Shown: piece after piece, positions 17,929 to 27,493 of the stretch | Layout of the letters: each line of letters opens with the position of its first letter | Position numbering within the stretch: the stretch's first letter is position 1 | Assembly (NCBI GenBank): GCA_905213895.1 | Contig: CAJMKE010000002.1 | Coordinates: forward strand, 30,124-94,123 | DNA from: an uncultured Alistipes sp. | GTDB taxonomy: Bacteria > Bacteroidota > Bacteroidia > Bacteroidales > Rikenellaceae | DNA length: 64,000 bases | Reading direction: 5' to 3' | Notes under the pieces: generated by a model | What the model was told of the DNA's origin: nothing | Seen by the model: the letters and a program-made list of their open reading frames with translations, nothing else | Database searches by the model: none | Program-made: the position numbers and the translations under genes

Positions 17929-20157
17929 CTAATCGAATTCGAGCGAGGCACTCTGCTTCGGCATCGGGCGCAGCGCGGCATCGCCTGCCGCCGCTTCGCC
18001 GTCTTCCGCAGGGATTTCATCCTCGGCAGGCTCGGGCTCCGTCCACAGTCCGCGTGCTTTGAGCATCGGCGTTTTGTCGGGTTCCTTGCCGCGGAAGTTG
18101 GTGTAGAGCGTCATTCCGTCAGCCGACCCGCCGCGCGAGAGTACCTGATTGCGGAACGTTTCGGCGATGCGACGGTTGAACGTGTCGCCGCTCTCGCGGA
18201 ACGCCTCGAAAGCGTCCTTGTCGAGAACCTCCGCCCAGATATAGAAATAGTATCCCGCCGAATATCCGCCCGAGAATATGTGGGCGAAATAGTTGTAGCG
18301 GTAGCGCGGCTCGATTTGCGGAATCATTCCGCGACGCTCGTAGAGGGCGTTGTACTCGAATCCGTCCACGTCTATCGGCTCGTATTTCTCCGTCGAGTGG
18401 ATGTCCATGTCCGACAGAGCCGCCGCGATGAGTTCCGTCGTGGCGAAACCTTGGTTGAACAGCGCGCTGCGGCGGATTTTGCCGATGTACGTGTCGTTTA
18501 TTATCTCGTTTGTGCGGTAGTGTACGGCGTATGTTTTCAGCATCTCGGGTTCGAGCGCGAAATTCTCCATTATCTGCGACGGCAGTTCGACGAAATCGCC
18601 CTCCACGTCGAGCAGCCCGTTGTATGGGACATCGGAGAATAGGAAGTGCAGCGCGTGTCCGAATTCGTGGAACAGCGTCAGAGTTTCGTCTATCGAGAGC
18701 AGCGCAGGCGTCGAACCCGACGGACGCGTGAAGTTGCATACGATGCTTACCACCGGTGCGATGCGGTTGCCGTCGGCGTCGCGGCTCGGTTCGCGGAAGT
18801 AGCCGCACCATGCGCCCTGACCCTTGCCGGCACGCGGGAAGAAGTCGAAATAGAGAACGCCGAGGTGCGATTCGTCGCTGTCGAGTACCTCGTAAGCCGA
18901 CACCTCCTCGTTGTAGAGCGGCACGGCTATCGGACGGAATGTCAGCGCGTAGAGCCTGTTGGCGAGGTTGAATACGCCCTGGCGCACGTTGTCGAGCGAG
19001 AAATACGGTCGCAGCATCTCCTCGTTGAGAGCGTAGTTCTGCTTGCGCAGTTTTTCGGCATAGTACCACCAGTCCCACGACTCGAAGCGGTCGTCCTCCT
19101 CGCTGAAATCGGCGCGGAAAAGCACCTCCATCTCGGCGAGTTCCGATTTCGCCTTTTCGAGAGCGGGCGTCCATATCTCGTCGAGCAGTGCGTATACGTT
19201 CTTCGGGCTGCCTGCCATCTGGTCGGCGGTAACGTATTCGGCGTAGGAGCGGTAGCCGAGCAGATGCGCCTTTTCGGTGCGCAGGCGTATCATGTCGTTC
19301 ACTGCCTGTTTGTTGTCGTATTCGTCGTTGCGGTTGCAGCGGTTAAGGTATGCTTCGTACATCTGTTTGCGCAAATCGCGGCGCGACGAGTATGTCAGGA
19401 ACGGAATCAGGCTCGGCTTGTGGAGCATGAACAGGTATTTGTTGTCCAGCCCTTTCTCGCTCGCCGCACTGCGCGCTGCATCGCGCACCGACGCTGGAAG
19501 CCCGTCGAGGTCGTCCGATGAGAGTACGAGTTCGAAGGCGTTGTTTTCGGCGAGAATGTTGTTGCCGAAACGGACGCTCGCGACCGACAACTCTTCGTTA
19601 ATCTGCTTCAACCGCGCCTTGTCCTCCCCGCCGAGCAGTGCGCCCGAGCGGACGAAGTCGTCGTAGACCTTTTCCGTCAGCCGCAGTTGGTCGGGCGTAA
19701 GGTCGGTGCTGTTGCGCTTGTCGTAGACCTGCTTTATGCGGGCGAACAGAGCGTCGTTCATCAGTATTTTGTCGTAGTGGGCGGCGAGCCGCGGCATCAT
19801 GCACTCCTCTATCTCCTGCATCCGCTCCGACGTGTCGGCTGCGCACAGCATCGAGAATATGTTGCTTACGTCGTCGAGCATCCGACCCGAAGCGTCGTAG
19901 GCTGCCAGCGTGTTGGCGAACGTAGGTTCGTCGGTTTCGGCGGTGATAGCCTCTATCTGCTCGTCGTGCAGCGACATGGCGCGCTCGAACGCAGGTTCGT
20001 AGTGGTATGCGCGGATACGGTCGAACGGAGGGACGCAGTAAGGGGTCGTCCACTCCTCAAAGAACGGATTGGGCAGATTTTCCTTGTCGCCCTTGCAGCC
20101 CGTAGTCAGTATGGATGCCATAATCGCTATCGATAATATTGTCGTAAAACGTCTCAT
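17929..20157 (-). CDS. Second M3 peptidyl-dipeptidase paralog, lipoprotein with an acidic C-terminal tail
   Basis: HEFGHALHFL is the zinc motif. The signal MRRFTTILSIAIMASILTTGC indicates a lipoprotein. It is in tandem with dcp. Confidence 0.75.
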   Translation of the reverse strand: MRRFTTILSIAIMASILTTGCKGDKENLPNPFFEEWTTPYCVPPFDRIRAYHYEPAFERAMSLHDEQIEAITAETDEPTFANTLAAYDASGRMLDDVSNIFSMLCAADTSERMQEIEECMMPRLAAHYDKILMNDALFARIKQVYDKRNSTDLTPDQLRLTEKVYDDFVRSGALLGGEDKARLKQINEELSVASVRFGNNILAENNAFELVLSSDDLDGLPASVRDAARSAASEKGLDNKYLFMLHKPSLIPFLTYSSRRDLRKQMYEAYLNRCNRNDEYDNKQAVNDMIRLRTEKAHLLGYRSYAEYVTADQMAGSPKNVYALLDEIWTPALEKAKSELAEMEVLFRADFSEEDDRFESWDWWYYAEKLRKQNYALNEEMLRPYFSLDNVRQGVFNLANRLYALTFRPIAVPLYNEEVSAYEVLDSDESHLGVLYFDFFPRAGKGQGAWCGYFREPSRDADGNRIAPVVSIVCNFTRPSGSTPALLSIDETLTLFHEFGHALHFLFSDVPYNGLLDVEGDFVELPSQIMENFALEPEMLKTYAVHYRTNEIINDTYIGKIRRSALFNQGFATTELIAAALSDMDIHSTEKYEPIDVDGFEYNALYERRGMIPQIEPRYRYNYFAHIFSGGYSAGYYFYIWAEVLDKDAFEAFRESGDTFNRRIAETFRNQVLSRGGSADGMTLYTNFRGKEPDKTPMLKARGLWTEPEPAEDEIPAEDGEAAAGDAALRPMPKQSASLEFD

Positions 20158-20206
20158 TTGCCTGAATAATTGTTACCTTTGCAAAAATAATAATATTTAC
20201 AGAGGT

Positions 20207-20923
20207 ATGCAACTATTTTATGCTCCCGACTTCGTTTCGCCCGAATATACGCTCTCGGAGGAGGAGTCGCGCCATGCGGTGCGCGTATTGCGGCTCGGTG
20301 TCGGCGATACGCTGCATATAACGGACGGTCGGGGCAATCTGTTCCGTTGCGAGGTTGTGTCCGATTCGTTGCGGAGTTGCACGGTTCGTGCCGTGTCGGT
20401 CGAACGGGAGTACGGACGGCTGCCTTACCGGCTCGTGATGGCTGTCGCGCCGACCAAGAATATCGACCGCTACGAATGGTTTCTGGAAAAGGCGACCGAG
20501 ATAGGCACGGCGGAGTTCGTTCCGCTCGAATGCGAACGCAGCGAGCGCAGGATTATCAAATGCGAGCGCGAGGAGAAGGTGATTACGGCGGCGGTGAAAC
20601 AGTCGCTCAAAGCCTATCATCCGACGCTGCACGATATGACGCGGTTCCGCGATTTCGTCGCACGACCGTTCGACGGACGCAAATTCATCGCTCATTGCGA
20701 TGCGCCGCTGGGCGAGAAAAAATACCTCGCATCGACGCTGAAAGCGGGCGAAAACGCGATTGTGATGATTGGTCCCGAGGGCGACTTCTCGCCCGAGGAG
20801 ATACGCTTGGCGGTCGGGTGCGGCTTCGAGGAGATTACGCTCGGCGAGCAGCGGCTGCGCACCGAAACGGCAGCCGTGATGGGAGCCGCAATGGTGTCGG
20901 TGGTAAACAATATGGGGAGATAA
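20207..20923 (+). CDS. rsmE: 16S rRNA (uracil1498-N3)-methyltransferase RsmE
   Basis: It starts MQLFYAPDF and has RsmE-like length and motifs. The ORF track start at 20069 is upstream and not believed. Confidence 0.65.
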   Translation: MQLFYAPDFVSPEYTLSEEESRHAVRVLRLGVGDTLHITDGRGNLFRCEVVSDSLRSCTVRAVSVEREYGRLPYRLVMAVAPTKNIDRYEWFLEKATEIGTAEFVPLECERSERRIIKCEREEKVITAAVKQSLKAYHPTLHDMTRFRDFVARPFDGRKFIAHCDAPLGEKKYLASTLKAGENAIVMIGPEGDFSPEEIRLAVGCGFEEITLGEQRLRTETAAVMGAAMVSVVNNMGR

Positions 20924-20969
20924 GTCCTTAATATCCTTAAAGTCTTTAAGGTCGTTAAGGACTTTAAGG
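20924..20969. repeat. Period-9 tandem repeat, copy b
   Basis: The units read GTCCTTAAT ATCCTTAAA GTCTTTAAG GTCGTTAAG GACTTTAAG. Confidence 0.7.
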
Positions 20970-20987
20970 GAAAAACATTGCAGAGTT

Positions 20988-21527
20988 ATGCTGTTACAAC
21001 TGTTCTGGTCTTTTTTCAAGATAGGGCTGTTCACGTTCGGCGGCGGATATGCGATGATTCCGCTCATCCAGCGTGAAGTCATCGACAACCGCAGGTGGAT
21101 TGCCGAAACCGATTTCCTCGACCTGCTGACGGTCGCGCAGTCGGCTCCGGGTCCGATTTCGCTGAACACGTCGGTCTTCGTGGGCTACAAGATGCGCGGC
21201 TATGCAGGAGCGATAGCCGCGATTGCGGGCGTCGTCCTGCCGTCGTTCGTCATAATCCTCGCGGTCGCGATGTTTTTCGCCGATATTCGCGACAATGCCG
21301 TCGTCGATGCCGCGTTCAAGGCTATGCGACCGGCGGTGGTCGCACTCATAATAGCCCCGATAGTCGGGCTGACGAAGGGTATGCGTTGGTGGTTGCTCGC
21401 CATTGCCGCAGCCGTCGCGCTCGTGGTCTGGGGTACGGGCATCTCGCCGATATACATTCTTTTGGCAGGTGCTGCGGCAGGATTGGTTTGGAGCGTCCGT
21501 GCGGCGGGAAAGGAGGCTGAGCGATGA
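20988..21527 (+). CDS. chrA: Chromate transporter ChrA, N-terminal half-size subunit
   Basis: The FGGGYAMIPL motif of the CHR family is present. The gene is paired with a second half-size gene. Confidence 0.65.
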   Translation: MLLQLFWSFFKIGLFTFGGGYAMIPLIQREVIDNRRWIAETDFLDLLTVAQSAPGPISLNTSVFVGYKMRGYAGAIAAIAGVVLPSFVIILAVAMFFADIRDNAVVDAAFKAMRPAVVALIIAPIVGLTKGMRWWLLAIAAAVALVVWGTGISPIYILLAGAAAGLVWSVRAAGKEAER

Positions 21528-22087
21528 TTTATCTGCAACTTTTCATCTCCTATCTGAAAATCGGATTCTTCGGATTCGGCGGCGGATATGCCATGCTGTC
21601 GCTGATTCAGAACGAAATCGTCGAACAGCAGGGCTGGCTGACGGCATCGGAGTTCGCCGACATAGTCGCCGTGTCGCAGATTACGCCGGGTCCGATAGCG
21701 ATTAACTCGGCGACCTACATAGGCTATGCCGTGGCGGGATTCTGGGGTTCGGTCGTGGCGACCGTCGCGGTCTGCCTGCCGGCACTCACGCTGATGATGC
21801 TGCTGACGCGGTTTTTCCTGAAACTGAAAGACAACAGATATATGCACGGCATCATAGCGGGCATGAAACCCGTGGTAATCGGCATGATTGCCTCGGCGGC
21901 ACTGCTGCTGATGTTCCCCAAGAGTGCCGACGAAGCCAATTTCATCGACATGTGGAGTTGGGTGTTCTTCCTCGGATGCCTCTACGGGTCGTACCGCAAG
22001 GTCAATCCGATTCTGCTTATCGTGCTGTCCGCCGCCGGCGGAATCGTCGTCTACTGGCTGCCGTCGTTCATGGCGACGATAGGGTAG
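21524..22087 (+). CDS. chrA: Chromate transporter ChrA, second half-size subunit
   Basis: The FGGGYAMLSL motif is present. It overlaps the upstream half by 4 nt. Confidence 0.65.
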   Translation: MIYLQLFISYLKIGFFGFGGGYAMLSLIQNEIVEQQGWLTASEFADIVAVSQITPGPIAINSATYIGYAVAGFWGSVVATVAVCLPALTLMMLLTRFFLKLKDNRYMHGIIAGMKPVVIGMIASAALLLMFPKSADEANFIDMWSWVFFLGCLYGSYRKVNPILLIVLSAAGGIVVYWLPSFMATIG

Positions 22088-22092
22088 TCCGC

Positions 22093-22377
22093 CTACAACA
22101 CGACTGCGAGCGAACCCCAGAACAGCATCGACAGTACGGCGAGGAACAGCACTATCGCCAGAAACGCCAGCACCGGCGCGATGCAGCCCCAGCGTTTCTC
22201 TCCCGTAGGCAGCGGGTCGGAGACGAGAGCCACGATAAGCCCTACGACGGGCGTGAAGACCAGTGAAATCAGAAACGACCAGCCGAAACCGATTCGTCGG
22301 CTGCTGCCGATGATTCCCACCAGAATGCTTAACAGCGAACCGCTGATAAGACCGAAAATAATCAATCCGAGAGCCAT
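22093..22377 (-). CDS. Small hypothetical membrane protein
   Basis: The 94-aa protein has three hydrophobic helices. Confidence 0.4.
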   Translation of the reverse strand: MALGLIIFGLISGSLLSILVGIIGSSRRIGFGWSFLISLVFTPVVGLIVALVSDPLPTGEKRWGCIAPVLAFLAIVLFLAVLSMLFWGSLAVVL

Positions 22378-22396
22378 AGTTATTTGTGTGTTTTTT

Positions 22397-22443
22397 CCTT
22401 AAAGTCCTTAAAGTCCTTAAAGTCGTTAAGGTCTTTAAGGTCG
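22397..22443. repeat. Period-9 tandem repeat, copy c
   Basis: The sequence is CCTTAAAGT repeated three times, then CGTTAAGGT and CTTTAAGGT. Confidence 0.7.
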
Positions 22444-23310
22444 TTATCTTGAAAATCGGTAGTAAGTTCCGAGCGGCAACTCCTTCGATGCGCGGTCGGC
22501 GAAATAGAGTTCGCCGTACTCCTCGTGCGACGGTACGCCGAACATCTGATGAACGATAGTCCGCGCGAGCGTCGATGACAACCCCATCGAGTAGAGGTTG
22601 AACACGAGGAACGAATCCTTCGGCACGAGCAGTTCGGCGCAGCATTCGAGCATCTGCGCGATGTTCTCCTCCAACACCCACTTCTCGCCGTTCGCACCGC
22701 GCCCGTATGCCGGCGGGTCGAGGATTATGCCGTCGTAGCGGTTGCCGCGGCGCACCTCGCGCTGAACGAACTTCATCGCGTCCTCGACTATCCAGCGTAT
22801 GCCGTCCATTCCGCTCGCCTCCATGTTCTCGCGCGACCACGTAACCACCTGCTTCACCGAGTCGACGTGCGTTACCTCCGCTCCCGCGGCGCGTGCGGCG
22901 AGCGATGCCCCGCCCGTGTAGGCGAAAAGGTTGAGTACCTTCGCACCCCGCTTGGCGATGCAGCGGTCGTAGATGAAGTTCCAGTTCGCCGCCTGCTCGG
23001 GGAATATGCCGACGTGCTTGAACGACGTCAGTCCGAGCCGCATCGACAGGTGCATATCGCGGTAGTCGTAGCGGATGCTCCACCGCGACGGCATCTTCGG
23101 CGAGAGCCGCCACTCGCCGCGCTCGTCGTTGCGCTCGTCGCGCAGGAACGAGGCGTCGGCAATCCGCCGCCACTCGCTTTCAGCCAGCGACTTGTGCCAT
23201 ATCGCCTGAGGCTCGGGGCGGCGCAGTACGTATGCGCCGAAGCGTTCGAGTTTCTCGAAATCGCCCGAATCTATCAGTTCGTAATCCTTTATGTCCGGTG
23301 TCAGTTGCAT
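22444..23310 (-). CDS. Class I SAM-dependent RNA methyltransferase (RlmI/RlmK-like)
   Basis: The 288-aa protein begins MQLTPDIKDY and has a DPPAYGRG motif. The ORF-track N-terminal extension to 24642 is an Arg-rich out-of-frame artefact running through the upstream U32 gene. Confidence 0.6.
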   Translation of the reverse strand: MQLTPDIKDYELIDSGDFEKLERFGAYVLRRPEPQAIWHKSLAESEWRRIADASFLRDERNDERGEWRLSPKMPSRWSIRYDYRDMHLSMRLGLTSFKHVGIFPEQAANWNFIYDRCIAKRGAKVLNLFAYTGGASLAARAAGAEVTHVDSVKQVVTWSRENMEASGMDGIRWIVEDAMKFVQREVRRGNRYDGIILDPPAYGRGANGEKWVLEENIAQMLECCAELLVPKDSFLVFNLYSMGLSSTLARTIVHQMFGVPSHEEYGELYFADRASKELPLGTYYRFSR

Positions 23311-23315
23311 CTCCT

Positions 23316-25130
23316 TTATCTTTGTTCGCTCACGTCGGTAAGGCTCATCCGACAGTGCGCGCAGTCGAAATTCAGTTCGTAGCGTTTGCGCCCGCGTTCG
23401 AGGAACAGCCGCCCGTCGAGCGTGTGCCGCTCGCGCAGACATTCGCCTATCTCGCGTCGGATGCAGTAGTCCGATACCATCACCCGTTCGCCTGCGGTCG
23501 TCGCGCGGCAGTCCAGCCCCTCGGCTATCTCCTCCGCTCCGTGCGAAGCGTAGAACTCGCGGGCAAGACGGTTCGTAACGTTGTCCTGCGGCGTCAGCGA
23601 CTTGTCGGGGTATACAGCCGCCGCGTTTTCGCGGAAGGCATCGCCGCGCCGGTGATTCGCGATACGCTCCGTCCGCAGCCGTTCGAGCAGTTCGCGGCGC
23701 AGAGCCGCCATAGCCGATGACGGGACAAAACGTATGCCGCCGACGATTTCGATACGGCGTATCTCGAACGGGGTGTCGCCACTTCGGGACATCTGCGTCC
23801 GTGCGACCTCCTCCATCTTCGCCGCATTCTTCGCCTCGGCGGTTTCGCAGCCGATTCGCGCGCGGGCGGTTATGCCCTGCTCGTCGGTCGCCGTCGCCTC
23901 GATTCCGTCGTCGAGAAAACGCAACTCGACGTTCACCGCTATCGTGCGGCGTATGCGGCTGCGCTCGACGGCGAGCGAGAACAGGCGGTTGCAGTTGCGG
24001 TAAATCTCCGTTCCGCGGGCGATGCCGTCCATGCGGTTCGGCGTTATGCGGCGTCCCTCGGCGGCGTTCACGTTCGTGCCGACGAGTTCGCCGCCGGCGA
24101 TGAAACATATTCCGTCGCCAGTCGCCAAATCGTTGTCGCGGTCGAGCGTAAAGGCGTTGCCGGCAGTCCTGACGACGCATCCGATGCGCTCGCCCATCGC
24201 CTTCGGCGTGTCGAACGATGCGACGCCGGCGCGCTTGCCGTCGAAAAAGTATTCGGATGCTCCGCGGGTGAAACTTTTCGCGGGGTCGGGTGCGAACTCT
24301 ATCGTACTGCGTCCGCAGGAACTCCGCACGCAGTCGCCGCGTCGGGCGATTTCGGCGTCGAGCAGCCGTCGGTAGTGGCTGACGGTGTTGCGCAGGTAGG
24401 TGCGGTCTTTGAGCCGACCTTCGATTTTGAACGAGGTTATTCCCGCGTCTATCATCTCTCCTATGCGAGCCGACAGGTCGAGGTCGCGTACCGAGAGCAG
24501 ATGTTTGCCCTTGATTATCGTGTTGCCCGCGGCGTCCGTGAGGTCGTATGCCAGCCGGCACGGCTGACTGCATTCGCCGCGGTTGCCGCTGCGTTCGCTC
24601 ATCGAGCGCGAGAGGAAACAGCGTCCGCTTTGGGATACGCAAATCGCGCCGTGGACGAAGGCTTCGAGGTCGATATTCGTCCTGCTGCGTATCGCGCGTA
24701 TCTCGTCCGCCGAGAGCGAGCGTTCGAGTATCGCCCGTGCGAATCCCGCCTGCTCGAAGAATGCCACCCGCTCGGGCGTCGCGCAGTTGGTCTGCGTCGA
24801 TGCGTGCAGTTCGACTGGCAGCCCCATGCGGCAGTACGCCATGTCCTGCACTATCAGTGCGTCCGCCCCCGCATCGACGAGCGACTGCGCGAGTACCTGC
24901 GCCTCGCCGAGTTCGTCGTCGAAAAGCAGTGTGTTGAGCGTCGCGTAGAGTTTCGCTCCGAACGTGTGGGCGTATTCGGCAGCCCGCGCGATGTCCTCCG
25001 TCGAGTTCGTCGCGGCATATCGCGCACCGAACCTCGTGCCGCCGATGTAGACGGCATCCGCCCCGCAGTCGATGGCGTCGATTGCGGATGCAAGGTCTTT
25101 TGCAGGTGCGAGCAGTTCGAGTCTTTTCAC
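23316..25130 (-). CDS. Peptidase U32 family protein (RlhA/TrhP-like)
   Basis: The N-terminus VKRLELLAPAKDL is typical of U32 proteins. A GTG start at 25130 sits 20 nt downstream of a TACTTTTG -7 motif. The gene ends 6 nt before the methyltransferase start. Confidence 0.7.
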   Translation of the reverse strand: MKRLELLAPAKDLASAIDAIDCGADAVYIGGTRFGARYAATNSTEDIARAAEYAHTFGAKLYATLNTLLFDDELGEAQVLAQSLVDAGADALIVQDMAYCRMGLPVELHASTQTNCATPERVAFFEQAGFARAILERSLSADEIRAIRSRTNIDLEAFVHGAICVSQSGRCFLSRSMSERSGNRGECSQPCRLAYDLTDAAGNTIIKGKHLLSVRDLDLSARIGEMIDAGITSFKIEGRLKDRTYLRNTVSHYRRLLDAEIARRGDCVRSSCGRSTIEFAPDPAKSFTRGASEYFFDGKRAGVASFDTPKAMGERIGCVVRTAGNAFTLDRDNDLATGDGICFIAGGELVGTNVNAAEGRRITPNRMDGIARGTEIYRNCNRLFSLAVERSRIRRTIAVNVELRFLDDGIEATATDEQGITARARIGCETAEAKNAAKMEEVARTQMSRSGDTPFEIRRIEIVGGIRFVPSSAMAALRRELLERLRTERIANHRRGDAFRENAAAVYPDKSLTPQDNVTNRLAREFYASHGAEEIAEGLDCRATTAGERVMVSDYCIRREIGECLRERHTLDGRLFLERGRKRYELNFDCAHCRMSLTDVSEQR

Positions 25131-25150
25131 GGTTCGCGGTTTATTCGCTA

Positions 25151-25158
25151 CAAAAGTA
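25151..25158 (-). promoter_or_regulatory. Candidate Bacteroidota -7 box (TAnnTTTG) for the U32/methyltransferase operon
   Basis: The minus strand reads TACTTTTG. The -33 element is weak. Confidence 0.3.
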
Positions 25159-25285
25159 GCAATTTCCGCACAAAATAAGAAATATCGATTTTCTTCAATG
25201 TGTGTACAACATACACGCTTTTTATGTAACTTTGCACGATGTAGCGATAATAATCGGTTATTCAAAGTCAAAAAGATATAAAAGT

Positions 25286-26557
25286 ATGCTTACACTTCAA
25301 CAACTGCGCGGCGACAAGGAAGCCGCTGTCAGAAAACTCGCCAAGAAGGGTGTCGATGCGGCTCCCGTAATCGCGAAAATCGAAGAACTCGACGACAAGC
25401 GCAAGTCGATTCAGAGCGAACTGGATGCCTGCCTTGCCCAGCAGAACAAGGCTGCCAAGGAGATTGGCGCGCTGATGGCTCAGGGCAAGCGCGAGGAGGC
25501 GGAGGAGCGCAAACGTCTGGTTGCCGACCTCAAAGCCCGTTCCGCCGAACTGAACGCACAGCACGATTCGGTCGCTGCCGAGTTGCAGTCGCAAATCGTA
25601 CTGCTGCCGAACTTCCCTGCCGAAATCGTTCCGGAGGGCAAGACTGCCGAGGACAATCTGGTGGTGAAAATCGACGAGAACTATACCAAACTGCCCGAAA
25701 ATCCGCTGCCGCACTGGGAACTCGCCCGCAAGTACGACATCATCGATTTCGATTTGGGCGTGAAACTTACCGGCGCGGGATTCCCTGTCTACAAGGGCAA
25801 GGGTGCCAAGTTGCAGCGCGCGCTCATCAACTATTTCCTCGATTTCAACACCGCAGCCGGCTACCGCGAGGTCGAGCCGCCGGTGATGGTGAACGAGGCT
25901 TCGGGATTCGGTACGGGTCAGTTGCCCGACAAGGAGGGACAGATGTACCACGCCACGGTGGATAACTTCTATCTCGTTCCGACCGCCGAGGTGCCTGTAA
26001 CCAACATTTACCGCGACTGCATCCTCGACGAGAAGGATTTTCCGGTGAAGATGACCGCCTACACTCCGTGCTTCCGCCGCGAAGCGGGTTCTTACGGCAA
26101 GGACGTCCGCGGTCTGAACCGTCTGCACCAGTTCGACAAGGTCGAAATCGTGCAACTCGCTCTGCCTGATGTATCCTACGAGGCGTTGGACGGTATGGTC
26201 GCTCACGTGGAGCGTCTCGTGAAGTCGCTCGGTCTGCCTTACCGCATTCTGCGTCTGTGCGGCGGCGACATGTCGTTCACATCCGCATTGACATACGATT
26301 TCGAGGTCTACTCGGAGGCTCAGAAACGCTGGTTGGAGGTTTCGTCGGTATCGAACTTCGAGTCGTTCCAGGCGAACCGCCTGAAACTGCGCTACCGCGA
26401 CGCCAACAAGAAGACCCAACTCGCGCACACCCTCAACGGTTCGTCGCTTGCCCTGCCGCGCATCGTAGCCGCACTGCTCGAAAACAATCAGACGCCGGAG
26501 GGTATCCGCATTCCGGAGGTGCTGGTGCCTTATACGGGCTTCGAGATGATAGACTAA
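25286..26557 (+). CDS. serS: Seryl-tRNA synthetase
   Basis: It has the N-terminal coiled coil MLTLQQLRGDKEA and class II motifs (FRRE, GSS.AL.R). Confidence 0.9.
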   Translation: MLTLQQLRGDKEAAVRKLAKKGVDAAPVIAKIEELDDKRKSIQSELDACLAQQNKAAKEIGALMAQGKREEAEERKRLVADLKARSAELNAQHDSVAAELQSQIVLLPNFPAEIVPEGKTAEDNLVVKIDENYTKLPENPLPHWELARKYDIIDFDLGVKLTGAGFPVYKGKGAKLQRALINYFLDFNTAAGYREVEPPVMVNEASGFGTGQLPDKEGQMYHATVDNFYLVPTAEVPVTNIYRDCILDEKDFPVKMTAYTPCFRREAGSYGKDVRGLNRLHQFDKVEIVQLALPDVSYEALDGMVAHVERLVKSLGLPYRILRLCGGDMSFTSALTYDFEVYSEAQKRWLEVSSVSNFESFQANRLKLRYRDANKKTQLAHTLNGSSLALPRIVAALLENNQTPEGIRIPEVLVPYTGFEMID

Positions 26558-26580
26558 ACGGCGGAACTGCCGAAAAAAGA

Positions 26581-26615
26581 TTCGGGGCAATCTTCAAAGA
26601 TTGCCCCGAATTTCT
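26581..26615 (+). terminator. Rho-independent terminator of serS
   Basis: TTCGGGGCAATCTT-CAAA-GATTGCCCCGAA forms a perfect 13-bp stem followed by TTTCTTT. Confidence 0.7.
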
Positions 26616-26657
26616 TTAAGGTCATTAAAGTCCTTAACGACCTTAAAGTCTTTAAGG
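26613..26657. repeat. Period-9 tandem repeat, copy d
   Basis: The units read TCTTTAAGG TCATTAAAG TCCTTAACG ACCTTAAAG TCTTTAAGG. Confidence 0.7.
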
Positions 26658-26675
26658 AGAGTGGCGTGTCAGGCT

Positions 26676-27485
26676 CTATTTCCCGAAAATCGTGTTGAGA
26701 GCCTTTGCCAACTGGTATCCCGCCTTGCGCATCTGCTGTTCGGCGAGCGGTATGGCTTTCGCCTGGAACTCGTCGCCCAACTTGTCGTCTTCGCCTACCC
26801 AGTAGAGGCTCTCGCGCACGTCGCGCGCTCCGTCCTCGAACCACTCCTGCGCCCATCCCGCCGTGCATTTCTTGATTTCGGCTTTCGACCATGTGTCGAG
26901 ATAGTCGGCGTACTGCTTGTAGGTCCAGCCCTTGTGTGCATGCGTTATGGCGAATGTGTCCCACACGCGGTGCATGTAGGTCGGCTTGCCGTAGAATTTG
27001 ACGTAAACCGCTCCTTCGTTGTTGTTGTCCACGTAACGTACGTGTGCCGGACAGTGGAAGTCGCCGACGATATGCACGATGCACTTTATGGCGCACAGAA
27101 TCGTCGAGTCGCTCAACTGCAACTCGTCGCGCTGTGCCATGCGCTCGCGGAAATACTCCATCGCCGTTACGCCGTCGCGACCGTCGCGGTAACGGTTGCG
27201 GACGATTGCCGGCGAGGTGCAGTCTACATCGGCTATCGATGCGTGCCAGCCGCTAAACGGCTTCTTGTATTTCGGATGATTGGCTACCGAATCCATGAAT
27301 ACGGCATAGTGCGCCAGCGGCTTTCCGCCGGTGTAACGTTCGATTTCGGCCTTCGCTTTCGGCGTCAGATGCCGTTCGGCGATTTCGGCAATCGTGTAGT
27401 GTCCGAGCCGTCCCCAGGCGAAACTCTCGCCGACGGCGCATAGCGTCAGTGCGACGCTTGCCGCAATTACGAATATCCTCTTCAT
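26676..27485 (-). CDS. S1/P1 nuclease family protein, secreted (paralog 1 of 4)
   Basis: A signal peptide precedes mature AWG..GH. It has the HCPAH motif. Confidence 0.7.
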   Translation of the reverse strand: MKRIFVIAASVALTLCAVGESFAWGRLGHYTIAEIAERHLTPKAKAEIERYTGGKPLAHYAVFMDSVANHPKYKKPFSGWHASIADVDCTSPAIVRNRYRDGRDGVTAMEYFRERMAQRDELQLSDSTILCAIKCIVHIVGDFHCPAHVRYVDNNNEGAVYVKFYGKPTYMHRVWDTFAITHAHKGWTYKQYADYLDTWSKAEIKKCTAGWAQEWFEDGARDVRESLYWVGEDDKLGDEFQAKAIPLAEQQMRKAGYQLAKALNTIFGK

Positions 27486-27493
27486 CGTCGTGC

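Noticed and set aside
18119-19521. Long ORFs inside and antisense to the M3 peptidase genes (18119..19174 minus, 18646..19521 plus)
   Set aside because: They are Arg/Gly-rich with low complexity and are fully nested in a conserved peptidase CDS. This is a high-GC frame artefact. The same applies to 16375..16836, 17095..17634, 10212..10628, 10571..11356, 26554..27096, 28385..29128, 31329..32264, 34190..35203, 36329..37117, 39164..40912 and similar.
20171-20206. A candidate TTTG / TAnnTTTG promoter directly upstream of rsmE
   Set aside because: The TTTG at 20178 is present, but the best -7 candidate (TATTTACA) has two mismatches and would leave almost no leader. It is not called.
20988-22087. 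Split chrA treated as a pseudogene
   Set aside because: Two half-size CHR genes, each with its own FGGGYAM motif and overlapping by 4 nt, are the known short-chain CHR arrangement. This is not a disruption.
22444-24642. A 732-aa ORF in the track fuses an Arg-rich N-terminal region to a methyltransferase
   Set aside because: The first roughly 440 aa are an alternative frame running antisense or overlapping through the U32 gene (23316..25130). The real methyltransferase starts at the MQLTPD Met (23310). Arg/Pro-rich composition is typical of out-of-frame reads of high-GC DNA.
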